Positions 21,168 to 30,500 of a stretch of 64,000 nt of DNA are shown here, piece by piece. Source of the DNA: an uncultured Candidatus Binatia bacterium. GTDB lineage: Bacteria > Desulfobacterota > Binatia > UBA9968 > CAXXLF01. Numbering within the stretch: the first letter of the stretch is position 1; each line of letters opens with the position of its first letter. The notes below the pieces were generated by a model. It searched no databases, was not told the DNA's origin, and saw only the letters and a list, made by a program, of their open reading frames with translations. A program made the position numbers and the translations under genes. The stretch spans positions 1,152,001 through 1,216,000 of the forward strand of contig OZ244621.1 of assembly GCA_965218425.1 (NCBI GenBank), in the 5' to 3' direction.

Positions 21168-21677
21168 GGTTTGGGTTCCTTTCCGGTCACATCCCCTTGT
21201 CCCTGGCTGTGACCGCCGCATCATTAAATTTGTCGATCTCGGCGACCGGCTCGTTCATGTGCGTGCGGCTTGGATTGACGGCGGAACAGCGCCCAATCTT
21301 AGGCATCCTTGCCGCGTCTCCAAGACCTCTTTGCCTACGGTAAGATAAACGTCGCCGATAAACAACCTCTATGCCGTTTGCCGTTTCCCCAAAATGACCG
21401 GCGTTCTTAAAGCCTCACAACCTTGCCTTATAAAAGAGGCCTGTTCTCTTGGCAGACCAGGCTCGAACAGTGAGCGCCGAAAGCGCTATCGGCGCTTGAC
21501 GACGCCATTCCGCGCGTTTTGTAAAGATCGGACTTCCGACACGGGCTGTCAGGCCGTGTCGTGAAGGTTCTTCGCATCCCGCGACCTCAACATGTGAATG
21601 GCAGTTATGCGGATGTCTCTGTTTTTATATTCTTTCCCCCTCCTGCATCGCTTTGCTTCCGATCGTTTCGCATCCCA

Positions 21678-21707
21678 CTTGACAGCTCAAGGAACCGTAC
21701 TTAACTT
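21678..21707 (+). promoter_or_regulatory. Sigma70-type promoter of hsp20 with a palindrome over the -35
   Basis: TTGACA-N17-TAACTT; CTTGA-CAGC-TCAAG palindrome at 21678-21691. Confidence 0.55.
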
Positions 21708-21772
21708 TTTAACATGTCAGGACACGGCGATATCGGCCGGTGAGGAAAAGAACGAGAAGGAGGGACAATACA

Positions 21773-22249
21773 ATGAGAGACTTAACAAGGTGGAATCCCA
21801 TTTCAGAGTTCACAAGCGGGCTCGGGGAATTTGACGATCTATACGATCGCTTTCTCGGCCATCCGTATCGCGCAAGCCAGGAGGTTGCCCAATGGCGCCC
21901 GACGCTGGAATCCTACACCAAGGACGGCAAGACTTTCGTGCGGCTGGACCTGCCCGGCATTGATCCGACGGACGTGGACATCGTCGCGGAAAACGGCTTC
22001 CTGACCATCAGCGGGGTGCGCAAAGGGGCAAAGGACGTGGAAGAGAAAAACTACCACTATCGTGAGACCTCCTTTGGAAAGTTCGAGCGGCGTCTGATCC
22101 TGCCTAAAGGTACGGACACCGGCCAGATTGCGGCACGCTACGACAAGGGCGTCCTGGAAGTTTCCGCGTCGCTGCCGATCCACCTTTCTCCCAGGAAGGT
22201 GGAGATCCAGGTCGATGGCGGCAAGAGCGATCCGAGCCAGGCGGCCTGA
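21773..22249 (+). CDS. Hsp20/alpha-crystallin small heat-shock protein
   Basis: LDLPGID, LTISG, FGKFERRLILP, ARYDKGVLEV. Confidence 0.93.
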   Translation: MRDLTRWNPISEFTSGLGEFDDLYDRFLGHPYRASQEVAQWRPTLESYTKDGKTFVRLDLPGIDPTDVDIVAENGFLTISGVRKGAKDVEEKNYHYRETSFGKFERRLILPKGTDTGQIAARYDKGVLEVSASLPIHLSPRKVEIQVDGGKSDPSQAA

Positions 22250-22275
22250 GCCGAGCGCTGGAGGCGTGGCAATTC

Positions 22276-22311
22276 GGGGGACCCTGGCCAAGCGAGGGTC
22301 CCCCTTTTTTT
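22276..22311 (+). terminator. Rho-independent terminator
   Basis: GGGGGACCCT...AGGGTCCCCC 10-bp stem followed by T7. Confidence 0.85.
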
Positions 22312-22521
22312 ATCCGATTGTTTATCCGCCTTCGCCGAGGACAACGGGAACAATTCCATAGGAGGCGTCATCGACGGTCGGCCCTTGCTCTTGAAACTAA
22401 ATCGACCACACAAGACGCGCCCTTTATCATGTTGCCTTACCCCGCTGCCGCTGCCGATCGGCTGGACAAAAAAACACTTTCGCACTGTTGGTGAGAACGC
22501 AAAGCAGGCAAGGTATCCGCG

Positions 22522-23826
22522 TCACCCCCTGCGGCCGCCGACTTCCGTCCCGGGCGCGTGTGCCTCAGTGATATTCAAGTGGCGGAGGCTCCGGTTGGGC
22601 AAGACCGCCAGGAAAACGAAGGCAAGCACCGCCACTCCTCCCGCGACCAGCGCGAAGGGCGCCGTCGTCAGCGCCGCCACAAGGGCAAACTGCACCTCGC
22701 CCACCGGCCGCACGCCGGAGTGCGTCATCGCCCACAGCGCCATGACCCGCCCTCGGAACTCGTCGGGCACCATGAGTTGCAGGCAGCTCTGGGAGGCCAC
22801 GCCGAAGATGGAGCTGCCGACTCCGGAGATCCATAGAACCGCGAGCGTCACCAGGTACCACTGGGACAGCCCGAACAAAATCGCGGAAACGCCGAGCATG
22901 AGCGAGCCGATCACGGTCCACTTTCCCTGGTCCCGAGCGGCCATCCAACGGGCGCCGATCACCGCCCCGATAAGGCTGCCGACGCCCTGCGCGGTAAACA
23001 TCATCCCCAGCGCCTCGGGGCCCATTCCCAATACGTCTTTCGCGACCACCGGGAACAGCACCTGCATGGCGAGCCCGAACAGCATGTTGACGTACACGAC
23101 GCTGATGAGGGAAGTGTAGATGCGGTTGGTCCACACGAAGCGCATCCCTTCCACCGTGCTGGACAGCATGCTTCCACGGCGCACTCTTGCAATAGGCGGC
23201 ACCTGCAAGAAGAGCAACACGAAGATATAGACGGCCAGGCCCGCCGCCGTGATGGTAAAGACCGTCCCCGCTGCCAGCATGGCGGACTGGGTTTCTCCCA
23301 TGACGCCGGCCAGGACGAAACCCGTAACCACCGGTGAGAATACCCGCGTGCCGGGGTGGACGGTGGCATTCAGACCCACCGCGCTGGGCATTGCGGCCCG
23401 GTCAACCAGGTGCGGAAAGAGCGACTGGCGCGCCGGCTGCTCGAACACGCCCAGGCACGAGTGGAGAAAGCTCGCCAGGATGACATGCCAGACCTCCACC
23501 GTTTGGATGAAGCACAGCGCGGCCACTACGCAGAGGATGAGCATGTCGACCGTCTGGGCGGCGATGAGCAAACGACGCTGGTCCACCCGGTCCGCCAAGG
23601 CGCCCCCGAGCAGCGCCAAAGCGGTCGCCGGCACCGCCTGGGCCAGGCTGTTGGCCCCAAGCAGAAGCTTCGACCCGGAAAGCTCGTAGATGAGCCACCC
23701 CTCGGTGATCCACAGCATCTGCTTCCCGGCGATGGAAATAATGTGACCGGTCCACCACTGGCGGAAGGGGCGGGATCGTAAGGCGGGGAACGCCCCCAGC
23801 ATGTCACGCAAGCCGTTTAGCAACAA
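22522..23826 (-). CDS. MFS transporter (DHA3/MFS_3-like)
   Basis: ALRSRPFR, GGALADRVDQRR, PARQSLFP, VPDEFRGRVMA. Confidence 0.92.
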   Translation of the reverse strand: MLLNGLRDMLGAFPALRSRPFRQWWTGHIISIAGKQMLWITEGWLIYELSGSKLLLGANSLAQAVPATALALLGGALADRVDQRRLLIAAQTVDMLILCVVAALCFIQTVEVWHVILASFLHSCLGVFEQPARQSLFPHLVDRAAMPSAVGLNATVHPGTRVFSPVVTGFVLAGVMGETQSAMLAAGTVFTITAAGLAVYIFVLLFLQVPPIARVRRGSMLSSTVEGMRFVWTNRIYTSLISVVYVNMLFGLAMQVLFPVVAKDVLGMGPEALGMMFTAQGVGSLIGAVIGARWMAARDQGKWTVIGSLMLGVSAILFGLSQWYLVTLAVLWISGVGSSIFGVASQSCLQLMVPDEFRGRVMALWAMTHSGVRPVGEVQFALVAALTTAPFALVAGGVAVLAFVFLAVLPNRSLRHLNITEAHAPGTEVGGRRG

Positions 23827-24322
23827 TGGCGCCTCTTTCCCTGCGGTACGCTTGAAAATGCGCGCTGAATATACGCCGTTTATCGTCCAAGGTACAATCC
23901 CGACCGGATTTATCCATCCCTCTCAACAAGCGGAGATCTCCCCGGCCGGGTTCAACCGACCGTAGCAACTATCCCGCCGGACGGTTGAAGGACGAATCGA
24001 TAGGCCGCCGGACCCCGACGGACTTGAATCCGCTCGAGATCGATGCATCAAAAGCTTGACCCTCCGCCCGGCAGGAGGACGAAACGGCAGGAAGGCGAGC
24101 CTGACCGCACTCGCGGGCCGTTCGGGGTTGAGTTTCTTCAGAAGGCGACGCGGAAATGAGGACAGAGGCCGCTGACCCCGGGCTTTCACACCCTTTGCGC
24201 CGCCTCGGACGGGAAAAAACGGCAAGATGACACGCCCGGCCGCGCTCTCTATATAGTTCGTCCCCGCTTTGTCTTGGTTCTCTTCAGACCGTTTGACGCT
24301 TCCTGATCGAAGACAGCGGAGT

Positions 24323-25414
24323 CTAACTGGTCTTCTGAAGAAGCGGCATCCTCACCTCGGCGCCGTTCTTAGCGCACTCCTCCTCATACATCTCGCGGAT
24401 TCGCGGATCTTCGTCTTCGTACTCGATCTGATGTCCGCCTTCCTTGGTGCTGGTAGCGAAGTTCTCGACGTGTTCGCCATGTCCTACCGCGATTCGGTAT
24501 TTTTGTCCTCCGTACCTCAAAGCCAGATAACGCGCCGGCTCCGGGCCCGTATTGAAGTGCTGGTGAAACCACATATTCGGAGGCACCTCGACGCTTCCGG
24601 CCTGCCAGTCCACGCGTTTCGGCGCTTCCCCCTCGGGCCAAAGGGTGCTGTACCCGCTGCCGCTCAGGATCACCACGTGGGCGGCGGGTCCGTGGCGGTG
24701 AGCTTTCTTGTAGGTTCCGACCGGAAACTCGCTCACATGAGCGGCGAGAGTCCCTTCGGATATTTCGAGGGTCAGATTGCGGTCGTCCTTGCCCCGCCTC
24801 GGTCTTTCGTACAACCGGCAGGTCTTGACGTCCGGCATAAAGTTCGTCTCCCAGATTGTGCTGTAACCGGCGAGGAATCGCCCTTTGCCGGAAAAATAGT
24901 CGGGTTGCCCGTTATATCGATCCTTAAAGGCAAAGGGATTCTCAAATATGAAATCCAAGTTGTGAAAAAGGTTGATTACCAACGGCGCGTTCGTATAAGA
25001 GATAAATCGAACGGGGCCGTCTCCCTGCCCGTTAAACATCTGATACCAGGTGTTAAGGGGTGGAGCGAAGAGACTTCCCTCCTGCCACTCGAAAGTATGT
25101 TTCTCGCCATCGTCCCCCCACACTGTCGTAGCCCCCCGACCCTTGAGGATATAAATAATCTCTTCGATAAGGTGTCTCTGCGGCTTGATGCTGCCGCTCG
25201 GTGGAATCTCGCAAACATAGCAGTCCGCGACGCCGCCGGCGCCGTCCAGGCAGATGTAAGTTCCGAAAGCGCCTTTTCTATCCCAGCGTTCGAGCGCCAC
25301 CGTATTCAGATCATCGATGTGGAAGCCCTTGATGACGGGAATTTTTTCGCGCTCCAAAAACTTTTCGTAAGTGCTGAGCGGGCTGATGGTTGCTTGAGGG
25401 GTCGGCTGGATCAT
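24323..25414 (-). CDS. Bicupin protein (gentisate dioxygenase-like)
   Basis: QRHLIEE...FEWQEGSLFAPPLN and KAHRHG...PPNMWFHQHFN. Confidence 0.8.
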   Translation of the reverse strand: MIQPTPQATISPLSTYEKFLEREKIPVIKGFHIDDLNTVALERWDRKGAFGTYICLDGAGGVADCYVCEIPPSGSIKPQRHLIEEIIYILKGRGATTVWGDDGEKHTFEWQEGSLFAPPLNTWYQMFNGQGDGPVRFISYTNAPLVINLFHNLDFIFENPFAFKDRYNGQPDYFSGKGRFLAGYSTIWETNFMPDVKTCRLYERPRRGKDDRNLTLEISEGTLAAHVSEFPVGTYKKAHRHGPAAHVVILSGSGYSTLWPEGEAPKRVDWQAGSVEVPPNMWFHQHFNTGPEPARYLALRYGGQKYRIAVGHGEHVENFATSTKEGGHQIEYEDEDPRIREMYEEECAKNGAEVRMPLLQKTS

Positions 25415-25516
25415 GGAACACCTCGTTGTCAGTTTATTAAAACTCTCCTTGCACGGCGGAAACTCTAAAAGCCTTACACGATTTTGCGGCAAGGGGTCAA
25501 GTCCGCTCTTGGCTCC

Positions 25517-25734
25517 TTAGCTGTCGCGGAAAAAGTCCTCCACCGCACTCGAGTCGTTGGAAGGTCGAGTGTGAGCCCGGGTTTTCCCTTTCCCGTCGAT
25601 TGCATTTACCCGGGCGTATCGTTCGTGATAGTCTATCCTGACGTAAAGCATAGGGTCTTCTCCTTTCAGATTTGACGGCCGTTGCAACCGCCATCCTGCT
25701 GGAGCTTGACCCCTTTTTTATGTTGCCTGACACC
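25517..25734 (-). mobile_element. Module A copy 1: element end plus 44-codon IS110-like N-terminal remnant
   Basis: End GGTGTCAGGCAAC; AAGGAG RBS; ORF 25651-25517 MLYVRIDYHERYARVNAIDGKGKTRAHTRPSNDSSAVEDFFRDS. Confidence 0.7.
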
Positions 25735-25766
25735 GTTTTCTGTGCAATTCCGTGAACGCGAAATCC

Positions 25767-26501
25767 ATGACAAACCCGGTAAATGAACATACGTCGAAGA
25801 ACACGCATAACGTCGTAGAGCGGTTCCTGCGCGGCTCCGAAAGCGTGAAGATGGTGCTCGACATTCCAGCTGGCGAAGGGTCTTTCACGCAGCGACTGAT
25901 CTCAGATTACGAAGTCACGTCTGCCGACGTGCAGGACTTCCTGAAGGTCGAGGGCGGCACGTATGCCCGGGCTGACATGATCGAGCGGCTACCGTGGGAT
26001 GACGGGACGTTCGACGCCGTCGTGAACATCGACGGCATTGAGCATATTGAACGACAATTTGACTTCATCCTGGAGTGCCACCGCGTCTTGCGCCCAGACG
26101 GTTACCTCATCATATCGACGCCCAATATCTCGGCGCTGCGTTCGCGCTGGCGTTACTTGATTACGGGGTTCCACAACAAGGGCAAGGTTCCGCTCGACGA
26201 GACACATATCACGCCCTGGCATCACATTGCGCTCCTCTCGTTCCCCCAGTTGCGTTACATGCTTCACCGCTCGGGATTCCGGATCACCGACGTGACGACG
26301 AACCGAGTCAAGACGGTCAGCTGGATTTATGCGCCCCTGGCACTCCTGGCGTATGTAGTGACGAAGTGGGTCTTCTACAAGGAAGAGAAGGACCCGGCTC
26401 AACGTGAGCGTAACCGCGAGATCATGAAGCAGATGTTCAGCTACGACGTCCTGTTCGGCGAGACGCTAATCCTTCGAGCTAGGTCACTTCCCGATTCCTG
26501 A
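25767..26501 (+). CDS. Class I SAM-dependent methyltransferase (Methyltransf_11)
   Basis: VLDIPAGEG, LPWDDGTFD, GIEHI, HRVLRPDG, STPN. Confidence 0.88.
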   Translation: MTNPVNEHTSKNTHNVVERFLRGSESVKMVLDIPAGEGSFTQRLISDYEVTSADVQDFLKVEGGTYARADMIERLPWDDGTFDAVVNIDGIEHIERQFDFILECHRVLRPDGYLIISTPNISALRSRWRYLITGFHNKGKVPLDETHITPWHHIALLSFPQLRYMLHRSGFRITDVTTNRVKTVSWIYAPLALLAYVVTKWVFYKEEKDPAQRERNREIMKQMFSYDVLFGETLILRARSLPDS

Positions 26502-26536
26502 CTGCGCCGCGCTCCTTCGGAACATTGCTCGAAACC

Positions 26537-26627
26537 ACTGTCATTCACGCCTTTTTGCTATTCCGGGTTCCCTTCCCCTTCGGATTCCGGCTTGTATCGT
26601 GCCAATTCTCTCTTGGAACATCCTGTC
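26537..26627 (-). repeat. Module A copy 2 (right part)
   Basis: TTCCGGGTTCCCTTCCCTTCGGATTCCGGCTTGTATCG core. Confidence 0.8.
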
Positions 26628-26706
26628 TTCTCCAGCCGAATGGCTGTCTCCGGTGACATGGCCGCATGGGACATTCGGCGCCCACGGCTGCCTCACATGC
26701 GGGGAT

Positions 26707-27099
26707 TTACAGCAGCGACACACCCTCAAGCCGTGCCGCCTTCTGATCGAAGGTGTAAAGGGGATGTGCCCCGGATCGTTTCGCCGCCGCCAGGATTATC
26801 AGGTCGGAAAATCCGGAGCCACCCGCCCGGTATCGGAACGCTGCGCGGGCTACATCGTCGGCTGCCTCGACCACGAGACCATCGGTCGCCACCAGCTCTT
26901 CCAGTATCGTCGCAATCCGGTCGCAGGAATAGCCATAGGCCCTCTCCAACACCCAGGCGAGCTCAACCGTTACCTCCCGGCACACGTAGCCGGGCCGACC
27001 GGCGGTGAGCGATTCCAGGAGTGTCCGGGCGGCTTCAGCCTGTTCGGCGTCATCACGCACGAGGTAGCGGACAAGGACGTTGGTATCGAGTGCGATCAT
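26707..27099 (-). CDS. vapC: PIN-domain toxin
   Basis: IALDTNVLVR, E, FSDLII, TFD. Confidence 0.9.
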   Translation of the reverse strand: MIALDTNVLVRYLVRDDAEQAEAARTLLESLTAGRPGYVCREVTVELAWVLERAYGYSCDRIATILEELVATDGLVVEAADDVARAAFRYRAGGSGFSDLIILAAAKRSGAHPLYTFDQKAARLEGVSLL

Positions 27100-27329
27100 C
27101 CCTCACACGCCCCATCGGCGATGGCCCGCTCCATTTCCTCCACCGTGACGGCGGGGCCGTCATGCCGGAGGGCGCCGAACAGTCGGCTGATGGGGCGCAC
27201 GGGCAGAATGCGCACTTCGCCGTCGGCGATAACGTAGCGTACCCGGTCCCCGGCCTGCAGGCCAAGCGACTCCCGCACGGGCTTGGGCAGGGTCGTTTGC
27301 CCCCTCTTTGTGACAGAAGATTCGATCAT
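27096..27329 (-). CDS. vapB: AbrB/MazE-type antitoxin
   Basis: VTKRGQTTLPKPVRESLGL..GD; 4-bp overlap with vapC. Confidence 0.88.
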   Translation of the reverse strand: MIESSVTKRGQTTLPKPVRESLGLQAGDRVRYVIADGEVRILPVRPISRLFGALRHDGPAVTVEEMERAIADGACEG

Positions 27330-27352
27330 GACAACTCCTCCTATGGCCTTTC

Positions 27353-27381
27353 AATATACTGAACGGCCTTACTTTTGTCAA
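27353..27381 (-). promoter_or_regulatory. Sigma70 promoter of vapBC
   Basis: TTGACA-N17-TATATT on the minus strand. Confidence 0.7.
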
Positions 27382-27544
27382 TAAATAAGGGATTTCTTGT
27401 AATCTCCGCACCTTCGTGGCTCATCATCCGCCGGTCTCCCTTTCTCCTCGCCCCGCCCGACATCTTTCCCTGCGCGCCGGTAAGTAACCGCTGAAGACTG
27501 GAGTTAGCCCGATTCGACCCCGATTTCTAAAACCCGAGAGCTTC

Positions 27545-27678
27545 CCCGCAGCGGGGTCATCGGGCCTGGTCGATACCTTGGCGACGTGGGCCGCGCCCCT
27601 TTTTTCGTCGATGAGCACCAGATCGGTGAACGTGCCGCCGATGTCCATCCCCAGGCGGATTTGCAAGACTTTACGCAT
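27545..27678 (-). pseudogene. Hydantoinase/oxoprolinase N-terminal remnant
   Basis: IRLGMDIGGTFTDLVL...KVSTRPDDP, then homology is lost. Confidence 0.75.
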
Positions 27679-27694
27679 CCTTCCGCGTTCGACA
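27665..27694 (+). repeat. 30-bp direct repeat, copy 1
   Basis: AAGACTTTACGCATCCTTCCGCGTTCGACA; 28/30 identical to 28379-28408. Confidence 0.85.
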
Positions 27695-28231
27695 TTATTT
27701 TTTGCAATTCTTCCTGCCGGCCAATTTTTCCGAAGTCGTCATTCCGAAATTACATTCCCTGATGAATTCACCATCTCCGGAGCGGCCGTACACCACGTCG
27801 CCATTCTCGTCATAGATGGTCTGGGTGATCGACACGACTTCGCCCCGATGGTGCTGAACGATGAGCACCTGCTCGTTCCCCGGCTCCCCGACAAAAACAT
27901 CGGTGAGGTATCTCTCCGTGCTCGTGCTCACGACGGGGACGGCGGCGTCTGCCAGGAAACTGACCTTTACGGTGTTGTCCCGATTCACCGTTACGGAACA
28001 GCTTTCCCCCGTCGTTTCAAAACCCACCATGAGTCTTTGCATGAAGCCCCTCGCGGGTATGTGGACGCAACCATGGCGTGTTCCCGCCTTCAATTTTTCC
28101 TGGCTTCGAGGCGGGTGCGATAGAAGCCGCTTCACATAGCTTTTGGTCAAGGGCTGCTCGGCGGCGCTATTGCAGATTATTGCAAAGAGAAAAAAAAGTG
28201 TGGAAATCAAAACGAATTTCATCTTTTTCAT
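27695..28231 (-). CDS. Secreted hypothetical protein
   Basis: MKKMKFVLISTLFFLFAIICNSAA signal peptide; GAGGG RBS; several Cys. Confidence 0.7.
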   Translation of the reverse strand: MKKMKFVLISTLFFLFAIICNSAAEQPLTKSYVKRLLSHPPRSQEKLKAGTRHGCVHIPARGFMQRLMVGFETTGESCSVTVNRDNTVKVSFLADAAVPVVSTSTERYLTDVFVGEPGNEQVLIVQHHRGEVVSITQTIYDENGDVVYGRSGDGEFIRECNFGMTTSEKLAGRKNCKK

Positions 28232-28378
28232 TCAACGCCCCTCATATGATATGCCAATCCACGTCACCATGTCATCGAAACGCCTGAAAATGGGCCGAAA
28301 CGACTGTGCCCGGCTCCCTCACCCAAACCGCGCCGCGCGACCGAACCGGAGCAGCTCCCGATTTCCGGGCAAGTTGAT

Positions 28379-28408
28379 AAGACTTTACGCATCATTCCGC
28401 GTTCGGCA
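28379..28408 (+). repeat. 30-bp direct repeat, copy 2
   Basis: AAGACTTTACGCATCATTCCGCGTTCGGCA. Confidence 0.85.
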
Positions 28409-28468
28409 GTATGTCGCCATCTTGAACGATGGGTTTTCCATCGAACCAGACCGAAGGCGCCCGCAACC

Positions 28469-28744
28469 GGTATCAGGTAACATGAAAAAGGGGTCAAGCT
28501 CCAGTAGGATGGCGGTTGTAGCGGCCGTCAAACCTGCAAGGAGCAGACCCCATGCCTTACGTCGGGATAGACTGTCTCAAACGATACACGCAGGTATATG
28601 CCATCGACGAGAAAGCACCGCATCCATTTCTTTGGTTGACCGCGTCCAACCGGACAGGACGTTCCAAAAGAGAATCGGCGCGATACAAGCCGGAATCCGA
28701 AAGGGAAGGAAACCCGGAACAGCAAAAAGGCAAGTATGACCCGG
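28469..28744 (+). mobile_element. Module A copy 3: full MITE-like unit of about 275 bp
   Basis: GGTATCAGGTAAC...TATGACCCGG ends; IS110-like MPYVGIDCLKRYTQVYAIDEK; tail FQKRIGAIQAGIRKGRKPG*. Confidence 0.75.
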
Positions 28745-29064
28745 TTTTCAACGGGGAGCTGAGAAGGGACTCAATCGCAGTTGTAGAATTAGGGGCACGG
28801 TCAGTAAGGCACATACACAGAATAATTGAAGGAATTGACGGGAGTCTAAGGGTGCAACGCATTTTCAAGGAAAAGGCCCACCTCAGAACCTCGTTAAAAA
28901 TGGACGAAGGATAGGTTATTCACCTGACAGGCCACACTCGCCGTTGCTCATGGTTCCTCCGGGGCCATGAGACCCGCCAGGTCGGCCGCCTACGACTTCC
29001 GCACCGCCTCGCGGCGCTTCTCGATGCCGGCGTATGGCATGGGGGTTTCTCCCGGATTACCGGG

Positions 29065-30126
29065 TTATCGTCGCCCGCTTTTCCTGACCGCCGGCGCCGG
29101 CGTGCCGTCGACGCAGTTCAGTTGCGCCTCTCCGCCCTCAAGCAGCGCCTCGAGCACATCCCGTTCAGCGGGATCGACGCTCAACCCGTATTCCAACTTT
29201 ACCTGGATCACTCGTTGCGCAAACCATGCGCCGTGTCGGGCCGGCATCCATTCGGCTGCGTCCCGGTCACTTTTCTGCGACCGGTTCACCGCCCGATCCG
29301 CGATCGTGAGGTTATCGAGGTCGCGGGCGATAGCCCGGCGCCGACCGTCAGCGATTCCGCTATCGTGCGCCTCCGCCAGCGCAACGATGTGCTCTATGTC
29401 CGTCGCAGCGGTCCCGTTCGCCGTGATGTCGAACGCGATGCACGAGTACGGTGTGTGGACCTGCCCGTTCGCCTTCATCGTCGGCGGCAGCGCTGCGATG
29501 ATCTCGTCCTCCAGGGTCCTGTAGCCCGTCCCGAAGGCGTCGCGGTCGTAGCCGTCCCGCGGCCGCTCTTCGCAGACCTTCACCCCACGCCAAGTCTCCG
29601 CGTCAGCCGGGCAGCCCTGCGTATCCAGCGGCGGCTGCGGCTGGACATTGGGGATATAGCCATTGGGGTTCGAAGCAGAGTCACAGGCGATACCATCGGT
29701 GTCCGTGTCGCTCGATCGGCTCCGCTCCAGCCATGCGTAGATGATGCCGGTGCCGTCACGGTCGTCCTGGTACGCAGGCAACCTCAGGCCCTCATCACGG
29801 CCTTCCGCTTCAGCGCATATCAGGTCGCCGTTCCCGTTAGCATCCCAGTATGAGAAGTCGTTGTGCGATTGCGCTGCCACTGGCGGTGCGGGGAGCAGCA
29901 TCAGAACGCCGAGCAGGACGGCTGAGATTCCGTGGCTCCCGTGAGCTTGCAACTTGGGCGCCCTACCTAACAAGGCTTGAAGCTGGTTCCAATTTCGTGG
30001 GCAGCCTGGTCCTCTTGACATGGTGCGCAAGTCGGCCCTGCTGAGGAACACTTTTCGGCGGGCAGATCCTCGGTTCATCAAATGATAGACTGCACCCCGA
30101 TATTCAATGCGTAAGGGCCGTGACAT
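29065..30126 (-). CDS. In-frame chimera: Y1 transposase N-terminus (32 aa) plus secreted DUF1524/HNH-like nuclease
   Basis: MSRPLRIEYRGAVYHLMNRG..RRKVF; then a signal-like segment, DANGNGD, DIEHIVALAEAHDSG, NL..NRSQKSD..EW; cargo may start at Met 30021. Confidence 0.7.
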   Translation of the reverse strand: MSRPLRIEYRGAVYHLMNRGSARRKVFLSRADLRTMSRGPGCPRNWNQLQALLGRAPKLQAHGSHGISAVLLGVLMLLPAPPVAAQSHNDFSYWDANGNGDLICAEAEGRDEGLRLPAYQDDRDGTGIIYAWLERSRSSDTDTDGIACDSASNPNGYIPNVQPQPPLDTQGCPADAETWRGVKVCEERPRDGYDRDAFGTGYRTLEDEIIAALPPTMKANGQVHTPYSCIAFDITANGTAATDIEHIVALAEAHDSGIADGRRRAIARDLDNLTIADRAVNRSQKSDRDAAEWMPARHGAWFAQRVIQVKLEYGLSVDPAERDVLEALLEGGEAQLNCVDGTPAPAVRKSGRR

Positions 30127-30311
30127 CGAAAGCCTTAATTACAGTTCACATTCCAATTATCGACAAAATACTTGGCCCCTTCGCCTTGCCGGCGCCCCGG
30201 TTGCGTCCGGTCGTTTGCAGGAAGACACGCGGGCCATCGACCGGGGAGAGGGCCGCATTAGCCCAAATTAAATTAGCTCATAGCCCATAATTTTTCCGTT
30301 TCACAAGCCGC
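30031..30311. repeat. About 280 bp repeat (Y1 transposase 5' end, TIR, flank) shared with 35585-35868
   Basis: Colinear match including TTATCGACAAAA(T/G)ACTTG(G/A)CCCC at 30157-30179. Confidence 0.85.
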
Positions 30312-30500
30312 GTGAGACTCGCGTATGTTTGAAGTCCCGGACCTAGGGTCGGCGCGCGGTGTCATTCGACACGTCGTCGAAGCCCGGTGTGGCGGTTTCA
30401 TGGGGCGTTTCCTGAAACTAACGGAATGGGGGAACGAATGAGATTGCGGGGGTGCTCGCAGTTCGAACTGAGACAATACCAATATGAAGGAGGCAGTACG

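Noticed and set aside
23830..24320. Possible ncRNA in a 490-bp intergenic region with a TTCAACCG...CGGTTGAA hairpin
   Set aside because: No recognisable RNA family; needs an Rfam search
24269..25468. Long antisense ORFs (also 56793-57974, 16443-17450, 8024-8923)
   Set aside because: Shadows of well-supported opposite-strand genes in GC-rich DNA; no family motifs
25493..25506. GGGGTCAAG as another element end (also near 7746)
   Set aside because: Equally explained as a minus-strand TTGACC -35 box for the adjacent gene; no further module homology
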